Below are positions 57,828-64,000 of a stretch of DNA of 64,000 nt, one piece after another. Source of the DNA: an uncultured Blautia sp. GTDB lineage: Bacteria; Bacillota; Clostridia; Lachnospirales; Lachnospiraceae. Positions within the stretch are counted from its first letter, which is position 1, and every line of letters begins with the position of its first letter. The DNA is taken from contig CAMOUV010000001.1 of assembly GCA_946626695.1 (NCBI GenBank), positions 3,339 through 67,338 on the forward strand, written 5' to 3'. The notes beneath the pieces are model-generated. The model searched no databases. It worked only from the letters and a program-made list of their open reading frames with translations, and was not told the DNA's origin. A program made the position numbers and the translations under genes.

Positions 57828-58654
57828 AAAAACGTTTGGATTTGCTGCTGACGGAGAAGGGCCTTGCCGCCTCCCGGGAGAAGGCAAAGGCATTGATCAT
57901 GGCCGGCAATGTCTATGTGAACGGACAGAAGGTAGAGAAAGCCGGGACCCTGTTCCCGGAGGAAGCGTCTCTGGAGGTGCGGGGAAACCCGCTTCCATAC
58001 GTGAGCCGGGGAGGCCTGAAGCTGGCCAAGGCAGTGCAGACCTTTTCCCTTGGCTTCGACGGCATGGTCTGTATGGACATCGGGGCTTCCACGGGAGGCT
58101 TTACGGACTGCATGCTGCAGAACGGAGCCGCAAAGGTCTATGCGGTGGACGTGGGATACGGCCAGCTGGACTGGGGACTCCGGAACGATCCGAGAGTCGT
58201 CTGCATGGAAAAAACCAATATCCGGTATGTGAAACCGGAGGACATCCCGGACCGGATCCGTTTTGCTTCGGTGGATGTTTCCTTCATTTCCCTGACGAAG
58301 GTGCTTCCCCCGGCGAAGGAGCTGATGACGGAGGATGGTGAGATCGTCTGTCTGATCAAGCCCCAGTTTGAAGCCGGGAGGGAAAAGGTGGGCAAGAAGG
58401 GTGTGGTGAGGGACCCTTCGGTGCACGAGGAAGTGATCCGGAAGGTGATGGAGTTTGCTTCCGGAGAAGGCTTCGTGCTGAAAGGCCTGACCTGGTCTCC
58501 GGTGAAGGGGCCGGAAGGAAATATCGAATATCTGCTGTATATGGCTCTGCAGGGAACCGCTGTGCCGTTGGATGCGAAATGTACGGAAATTGTGAAAGAG
58601 GCACACGAAAATCTGGACCGGCAGGCACTGCCGGGTCCGAAACAGGAAATCTGA
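57824..58654 (+). CDS. tlyA: TlyA family rRNA 2'-O-methyltransferase
   Basis: S4 domain, YVSRGGLKL, DIGASTGGFTD, DVSFISL, LIKPQFE, GPEGNIEY. Confidence 0.93.
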   Translation: MKKRLDLLLTEKGLAASREKAKALIMAGNVYVNGQKVEKAGTLFPEEASLEVRGNPLPYVSRGGLKLAKAVQTFSLGFDGMVCMDIGASTGGFTDCMLQNGAAKVYAVDVGYGQLDWGLRNDPRVVCMEKTNIRYVKPEDIPDRIRFASVDVSFISLTKVLPPAKELMTEDGEIVCLIKPQFEAGREKVGKKGVVRDPSVHEEVIRKVMEFASGEGFVLKGLTWSPVKGPEGNIEYLLYMALQGTAVPLDAKCTEIVKEAHENLDRQALPGPKQEI

Positions 58655-58658
58655 AGAA

Positions 58659-59528
58659 ATGAAGTCTTTTTATATCATTACCAACAGGAGTAAAGATACG
58701 GACCTTCGTCTGACCGGCGAGATCGCGTCCTTCCTGGAAAAAAACGGCTGCCGCTGCCGGATCTGCCCGGAAACCCGGGAGGCCGGAGGAAGGTGGCATT
58801 ATACCGATCCGTCTGCGGTTCCGGAGGATACGGAATGCGTGCTGGTGCTGGGAGGCGACGGAACGCTTCTTCAGGCGGCGCGGGACCTGGTGGGAAGGAA
58901 TATCCCGCTTCTGGGGATCAATATGGGAACCCTGGGATTTCTGGCGGAGGTGGAGCAGAGCTCCATCCATTCCTCCTTGGAAAAGGTGATCTGCGGAGAA
59001 TACGCGGTGGAAGAGCGGATGATGCTGAAGGGGACGGTCTGGCATGAAAACCGGATATCCGGAGCGGATGTGGCCCTGAATGACATCACCATCGCCCGGG
59101 AAGGCCATCTCCGCGTTGTCCGCTTCAAAAATTTTGTCAACGATGAATTTCTGAACGCCTATTCGGCGGACGGCATCATCATCGCGACTCCCACCGGCTC
59201 GACGGGGTATAATCTGTCCGCCGGAGGACCGCTGGTATCGCCGCAGGCATCGATGTTTATCATGACTCCGGTGGCTCCCCATACGATGAACAGCCGGAGC
59301 TTTGTTTTTCCGCCGGAGGATGTGATCACGGTGGAGATCGGTCAGAGCCGACGCTATGAGAACGAAAAGGCCTTTGCCTGCTTTGACGGGGACACGGTCT
59401 TTCCCATGGCTACCGGAGACCGCATAGAGATCCGCAGGGCAGAGACGGCGACAAAGATCATCAAGCTGAAAAGCCTGAGCTTTGTGGAGGTCCTGCGGCA
59501 GAAAATGAGCGCCACACAGGAGGTGTAG
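58659..59528 (+). CDS. nadK: NAD kinase
   Basis: LGGDGTLL, GINMGTLGFL, LND, DGIIIATPTGSTGYNLSAGGP. Confidence 0.95.
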   Translation: MKSFYIITNRSKDTDLRLTGEIASFLEKNGCRCRICPETREAGGRWHYTDPSAVPEDTECVLVLGGDGTLLQAARDLVGRNIPLLGINMGTLGFLAEVEQSSIHSSLEKVICGEYAVEERMMLKGTVWHENRISGADVALNDITIAREGHLRVVRFKNFVNDEFLNAYSADGIIIATPTGSTGYNLSAGGPLVSPQASMFIMTPVAPHTMNSRSFVFPPEDVITVEIGQSRRYENEKAFACFDGDTVFPMATGDRIEIRRAETATKIIKLKSLSFVEVLRQKMSATQEV

Positions 59529-59983
59529 TGTTGAAAACGGAGAGACATAAGAAAATCCTGGAGCTGATCCGGACCGAGTCCATTGACACCCAGGAGGAAC
59601 TGGCGCTGCGGCTGAATGAGGCCGGCTTCGGCGTCACCCAGGCAACGGTCTCCAGAGATATCCGCGCGTTAAAACTGACGAAAGTGACCGGAAAGGACGG
59701 AAAGTCCCATTATGCCGTCCTGCAGGAGCACAGCCCTGTCCTGGGTGACAAATACACCCGGGTCATGCGGGAGGCGCTGGTTTCCATGGATGCCGCCCAG
59801 AATCTTGTGGTGCTCCACACGGTCCCGGGCATGGCCATGGGGGTGGCGGCCGCACTGGATGCCATGAAATGGGAAGAGCTGCTGGGCTGCATTGCCGGCG
59901 ATGACACGATCCTGTGCGCGGCCCGCTCGGAAGCCAGGGCGAAGGATGTTCTCCGGAAACTGTCGGATATGTTGAAGGAGTAA
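59528..59983 (+). CDS. argR: Arginine repressor
   Basis: TQEELA, TQATVSRDI, GCIAGDDT. Confidence 0.95.
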   Translation: MLKTERHKKILELIRTESIDTQEELALRLNEAGFGVTQATVSRDIRALKLTKVTGKDGKSHYAVLQEHSPVLGDKYTRVMREALVSMDAAQNLVVLHTVPGMAMGVAAALDAMKWEELLGCIAGDDTILCAARSEARAKDVLRKLSDMLKE

Positions 59984-59988
59984 TAGAA

Positions 59989-61662
59989 ATGCTGGTACAT
60001 CTTCACGTAAAGAATCTGGCCCTGATCGCGGAGGCGGAGGTATCCTTCGGACCCGGGCTTAACATACTGACCGGCGAGACCGGAGCCGGCAAATCGATCC
60101 TGCTGGGCTCCATGCAGCTGATCCTTGGAAGCAAGATCAGCCGCAGCATGATCCGGGATCCCGAGACCTATGCGCTGGTGGAACTGCTGTTTGAGGTCGA
60201 AAACGAGAAGGCTTTGAAGGAACTGCGCGCGATGGACATCGAGCCGGAGGATGGGCAGGTCCTCCTGTCCCGGAAGATCACCGGCGGCCGGAGCGTGAGC
60301 AAGATCAACGGTGAAACCTGTACGGTCAGCCAGATGAAGGCGGCAGCCTCCTGTCTTCTGGATATTCACGGACAGCATGAGCATCAGTCTCTTCTGTACC
60401 GGGACAGACAACTGGAGATCCTGGACGCCTTTGCGCAGGATACCGTCCGTCCTCTGGCGGAAAAGACGGCTGAAAGCTTCCGGGCACTGCGGGAGAGCCG
60501 GAAGGCGCTTTCGTCTCTCACGATGGATCAGGAACAGCGGGCCAGAGAAATGGCTTTCCTGGAATACGAGATCCAGGAGATCGAACAGGCGGATCTGAAA
60601 CCCGGAGAGGACGAGGAGCTGGAAAAACGCTACCGCAAGCTGTCCAACAGCCGGCGGATGATGGAGACCCTGTCCCGGGTCCGTGCCCTGACGGGATATG
60701 AACAAGGCGCGTCCGAACAGACCGGGGAAGCGGTGCACGAAATGGCGAAGATCCTTCAGTTTGACGAAGATCTGCAGGACTGTCATGAGCTGCTGGTGCA
60801 GGCGGATGCCCTGCTCTCGGATTTCGGCCGTGAGCTGTCCTCCTATATGGACGACCTGGTCTTCGACGAAGAGACCTACTATGAGACGGAAAAACGGCTG
60901 GATCTGATCAACGGTCTGAAATCACGCTTCGGACAAAGCATTCCGGACATACTGGCCTACCGGGACCGGCAGGCGGAAAAATACGCCCTTCTTGCGGATC
61001 TGGAAAAGCATCTGGCGCAGGCTCAGCGAAAAGCACAGGAAGCGAAGGATGTCTATGACAAGGCCGCTTGCGCTCTGTCCGCGGAACGGAAAAAAGCCGC
61101 GTCGGAGCTGGAAAAACAGGTGATCCGGTCCTGCAAGGACCTGAATTTCCTGGATGTCCGGTTCTCGATCCGCTTTGACGAAAAGAACGAGTCGGCGGAC
61201 GGAACGGATGATGTGGAATATGAGATCTCCACCAACCCGGGGGAGGAAATCCGTCCTCTGGGAGAGATCGTGTCGGGCGGAGAACTGTCCCGTATCATGC
61301 TTGCGCTGAAAACCATCCTGGCAGACCGGGATCAGATCGATACGCTGATCTTCGATGAGATCGATACCGGCATCAGCGGCCGCACGGCCCAGAAGGTATC
61401 CGAGAAGATGGCGCAGATCGCCCGTCACCGTCAGGTGATCTGCATCACCCATCTGCCCCAGATCGCGGCCATGGCGGATCAGCATTATGAGATCGAAAAG
61501 CACGGCGATGAGGTGAACGGGACCGAGACCCAGATCCACCTTCTCGACGCGGAGGAGTCCGTGCGGGAACTGGCCAGACTCCTGGGGGGAGCCTCCATCA
61601 CCCCCGCCGTACTGCAGAACGCGCGGGAAATGAGGGCCATGGCTCTGGAACAAAAAGGATAA
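59989..61662 (+). CDS. recN: DNA repair protein RecN
   Basis: LTGETGAGKS, IHGQHEHQ, STNPGE, SGGELSRIML, FDEIDTGISG, ITHLPQIAA. Confidence 0.96.
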   Translation: MLVHLHVKNLALIAEAEVSFGPGLNILTGETGAGKSILLGSMQLILGSKISRSMIRDPETYALVELLFEVENEKALKELRAMDIEPEDGQVLLSRKITGGRSVSKINGETCTVSQMKAAASCLLDIHGQHEHQSLLYRDRQLEILDAFAQDTVRPLAEKTAESFRALRESRKALSSLTMDQEQRAREMAFLEYEIQEIEQADLKPGEDEELEKRYRKLSNSRRMMETLSRVRALTGYEQGASEQTGEAVHEMAKILQFDEDLQDCHELLVQADALLSDFGRELSSYMDDLVFDEETYYETEKRLDLINGLKSRFGQSIPDILAYRDRQAEKYALLADLEKHLAQAQRKAQEAKDVYDKAACALSAERKKAASELEKQVIRSCKDLNFLDVRFSIRFDEKNESADGTDDVEYEISTNPGEEIRPLGEIVSGGELSRIMLALKTILADRDQIDTLIFDEIDTGISGRTAQKVSEKMAQIARHRQVICITHLPQIAAMADQHYEIEKHGDEVNGTETQIHLLDAEESVRELARLLGGASITPAVLQNAREMRAMALEQKG

Positions 61663-61704
61663 AAAGCTCGAAAAACCTCGAAAAATCTCGAAAAAGCTCG
61701 AACG
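61661..61704. repeat. Four-unit 10-bp tandem array AAAAA[G/C/T]CTCG + AACG, copy 2
   Basis: aaaaagctcg aaaaacctcg aaaaatctcg aaaaagctcg aacg; matches 25560-25593. Confidence 0.9.
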
Positions 61705-61740
61705 AAAAAGGGGCCGGAAGGCCTCTTTTTCCTTGCTTTT
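61705..61740 (+). terminator. Probable intrinsic terminator after recN
   Basis: AAAAAGGGGCC-GGAA-GGCCTCTTTTT followed by further T-runs. Confidence 0.6.
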
Positions 61741-61848
61741 TTCGCCGTAAAATGATAAGTATTTGTGTGGGAGGACAATCCGGAAAGCGGAGGGTCCTGC
61801 CGGAAGCGGCCGCTTCGGAAACGAATCGGAAGGAGGGGAGCTTATCCA

Positions 61849-62487
61849 TTGAACAAAATTAATGTTGCCGTTGCCTCGGAGGGAGAGCTGCAGTCGGATG
61901 ATGTGCTGGGACGGATGATCCTGGAGGATGACTCGCTGCAGTATGTGGGAACGGTGAGAGGAGAAAAAGATCTGGAAACGCTGATGGAGGTGAATCCGCC
62001 GGATGTTATCCTGTTCCACACGATCGTCCCGAAGCTCTGGAGACGGAACGGACGGCTCTTTTTCGGGGCCCAGAACGTGGGAGGCACCCGGTATGTCATC
62101 CCGGGAACGGTCCTTCCCCTGCGGGAAGAGAATCTGGAGCTCATCATCAGCAATCTTTTTCATGAGCTGGGGATCCCGGCCCATATCAGCGGGTTCCAGT
62201 TCCTGCGGGACGCGGTGGTCCTGGCGGTCTATGACCGGGAGATGATCCGGAACATCACAAAGGTCATGTATCCCACCATCGCGAAGAAAAACATGACCAC
62301 GCCTTCCCGGGTGGAACGGGCGATCCGCCATGCCATCGACACGGCCTGGGAAAGAGGAAACATGTCCCGCATCAACGAACTCTTCGGCTTTACGGTGAAG
62401 GAGGAGACTGCAAAACCATCCAACCGCGAATTCATCGCGATGATCTCCGACAAGATCCGCACGGACTGGAAAAACCGCAGCTACTGA
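61849..62487 (+). CDS. spo0A: Spo0A ortholog with intact DNA-binding domain and degenerate, truncated receiver domain (212 aa)
   Basis: HELGIPAHISG, ITKVMYPTIAKK, TTPSRVERAIRHAI, KPSNREFIAMISDK; sits after recN; TTG start after GGAGGGGAG. Confidence 0.88.
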   Translation: MNKINVAVASEGELQSDDVLGRMILEDDSLQYVGTVRGEKDLETLMEVNPPDVILFHTIVPKLWRRNGRLFFGAQNVGGTRYVIPGTVLPLREENLELIISNLFHELGIPAHISGFQFLRDAVVLAVYDREMIRNITKVMYPTIAKKNMTTPSRVERAIRHAIDTAWERGNMSRINELFGFTVKEETAKPSNREFIAMISDKIRTDWKNRSY

Positions 62488-62550
62488 AAAAAGAGAGGCT
62501 TTCCGGCCGGAAATTCTAACAATCTGCCGAAATGTTTTCGCTGAAACGGG

Positions 62551-62579
62551 TTGCCCGTTGTGGAATTTTGCGGTATAAT
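62551..62579 (+). promoter_or_regulatory. sigma-A promoter of glgA, with TGCCGAA (0A-box consensus TGNCGAA) at 62525-62531
   Basis: TTGCCC-17 bp-TATAAT. Confidence 0.65.
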
Positions 62580-62649
62580 CAGAGGGAAAGAGCGGGCAGC
62601 GGGCCCGCCGTACGATTCCGTGGAAAAATAACCCTGAGGAGGACACCAA

Positions 62650-64000
62650 ATGAAGAATATACTGTATGCCACATCAGAAGCTGTACCCTTTATCAAAACA
62701 GGAGGACTTGCTGACGTTGCGGGCGCTCTGCCCAAATGCTTTGACAAAAGATATTTTGATGTCCGTGTCATCCTTCCCAAGTATGCCTGCATGAAGCAGG
62801 AGTGGAAGGATCGTATGGAATATGTGACCCATTTTTATATGGACATCGGCTATAAAAACTGTTATGTGGGCGTGATGCACATCGAACATGAAGGGATCCA
62901 TTTCTACTTCATCGACAATGAATATTACTTCAGCGGACCGACCCCCTACGACAGCGCACCGTGGGATCTGGAGAGATTTGCCTACTTCTCCAAAGCGGTT
63001 CTGTCCGTGCTTCCGGTGATCGGCTTCCGCCCGGACATCATTCACTGTCATGACTGGCAGACAGGCCTTGTGCCGGTATATCTGCATGATTCCTTCCAGC
63101 AGAATGAGTTTTTCCGCGGGATCAAGTCGATCATGACGATCCACAACCTGAAATTCCAGGGCGTGTGGGATGTCAAGACCGTACAGGAGCTGACCGGCCT
63201 TTCGGATTATTATTTCACGCCGGACAAGCTGGAAGCCTACAAGGATGCGAATTTCCTGAAGGGCGGCATCGTCTTTGCGGATGCGGTCACGACGGTGAGC
63301 AATACCTATGCCGAGGAGATCAAGACACCCTTCTACGGCGAGCGGCTGGACGGGCTTCTCAATGCGAGATCCAACAGCCTGCGGGGCATTGTCAACGGAA
63401 TCGATTATGACATCTTCAATCCGGAGACCGATCCCTTCATCCCGGCACCCTACAATGCGGTGACCTTCCGCAAGGAGAAGGTCAAGAACAAAATCCAGCT
63501 CCAGAAGGATCTGGGCCTGGATCAGGATCCGAAGGTGATGATGATCGGCATCGTCTCCCGTCTGACGGATCAGAAGGGCTTTGACCTGATCGCCTATATG
63601 ATGGACGAGCTCTGCCAGGATGCGGTGCAGATCGTAGCCCTTGGAACCGGTGAGGAACGGTATGAGAACATGTTCCGTCACTTTGACTGGAAATATCACG
63701 GCAAGGTATCCGCGCAGATCTATTACGATGACGCACTGTCCCACAAGATCTACGCGGCCTCGGATGCGTTCCTGATGCCCTCGCTCTTCGAGCCCTGCGG
63801 CCTCAGTCAGCTGATGAGCCTTCGCTACGGCACACTGCCCATCGTGAGGGAGACCGGCGGCCTGAAGGATACGGTGGAACCTTTCAACGAGTATGAAAGC
63901 ACCGGGACCGGCTTCTCCTTCCGCAACTATAATGCCCATGAGATGCTGAGTACGATCCGCAATGCGGAGAGGATCTTCTACGACAAGAAACGGGAATGGA
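62650..64000 (+). CDS. glgA: Glycogen synthase (runs off the window end)
   Basis: SEAVPFIKTGGLADV, HCHDWQTG, TIHNLKFQG, VSRLTDQKG, PSLFEPCGLSQL. Confidence 0.96.
   Translation, partial: MKNILYATSEAVPFIKTGGLADVAGALPKCFDKRYFDVRVILPKYACMKQEWKDRMEYVTHFYMDIGYKNCYVGVMHIEHEGIHFYFIDNEYYFSGPTPYDSAPWDLERFAYFSKAVLSVLPVIGFRPDIIHCHDWQTGLVPVYLHDSFQQNEFFRGIKSIMTIHNLKFQGVWDVKTVQELTGLSDYYFTPDKLEAYKDANFLKGGIVFADAVTTVSNTYAEEIKTPFYGERLDGLLNARSNSLRGIVNGIDYDIFNPETDPFIPAPYNAVTFRKEKVKNKIQLQKDLGLDQDPKVMMIGIVSRLTDQKGFDLIAYMMDELCQDAVQIVALGTGEERYENMFRHFDWKYHGKVSAQIYYDDALSHKIYAASDAFLMPSLFEPCGLSQLMSLRYGTLPIVRETGGLKDTVEPFNEYESTGTGFSFRNYNAHEMLSTIRNAERIFYDKKREW

Noticed and set aside
61661-61704. Reading the 10-bp arrays as CRISPR or as a homopolymer assembly artefact
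   Set aside because: The units are only 10 bp with no spacers, and there are no cas genes. The sixth base varies between units and the array recurs at an independent locus, which argues against an artefact.
1-64000. tRNA, rRNA, transposase, integrase, toxin-antitoxin or recognised defence genes
   Set aside because: All intergenic regions are short and were read; none supports such features

Overview
About 64 kb of high-GC chromosomal backbone from a Clostridia-type Firmicute. The gene set (DUF5717/DUF5716, short HPr-like, double-OB SSB, TrkAH, IorAB) looks Lachnospiraceae-like; this is inferred from gene content only. Most of the window is housekeeping: RNA modification (prmA, rsmE, iscS-thiI, mtaB, trmR, U32), ireB-ruvX-DUF1292-rnj, purC-purB-purA, aroE/aroD, an arylacetate/IorAB cluster, typA, trkAH, gltX, pcrA-like helicase, prfC, the conserved asp23-nusB-xseAB-ispA-dxs-tlyA-nadK-argR-recN-spo0A string, and the start of glgA. 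No tRNA, rRNA, CRISPR array, prophage or transposase was seen. The most unusual signal is what looks like a rewired remnant of the sporulation cascade. (1) The spo0A-position gene keeps an intact DNA-binding domain, but its receiver domain is truncated and the phospho-acceptor Asp aligns with His. (2) spoIVB and spoIIIA are absent from their usual positions. (3) A SigE-like sigma factor has no pro-peptide and no spoIIGA, and its promoter carries two perfect Spo0A boxes. (4) The same 10-bp-phased AAAAA(N)CTCG array lies upstream of both regulators. Other items worth follow-up are a DUF5717/divergent-Hsp70(DUF5716)/TPR operon, a TetR-MMPL-giant xxxLxxG heptad module with three operator sites, and a REP/REPIN-like palindromic element. 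All family assignments come from motif recall, not database searches.
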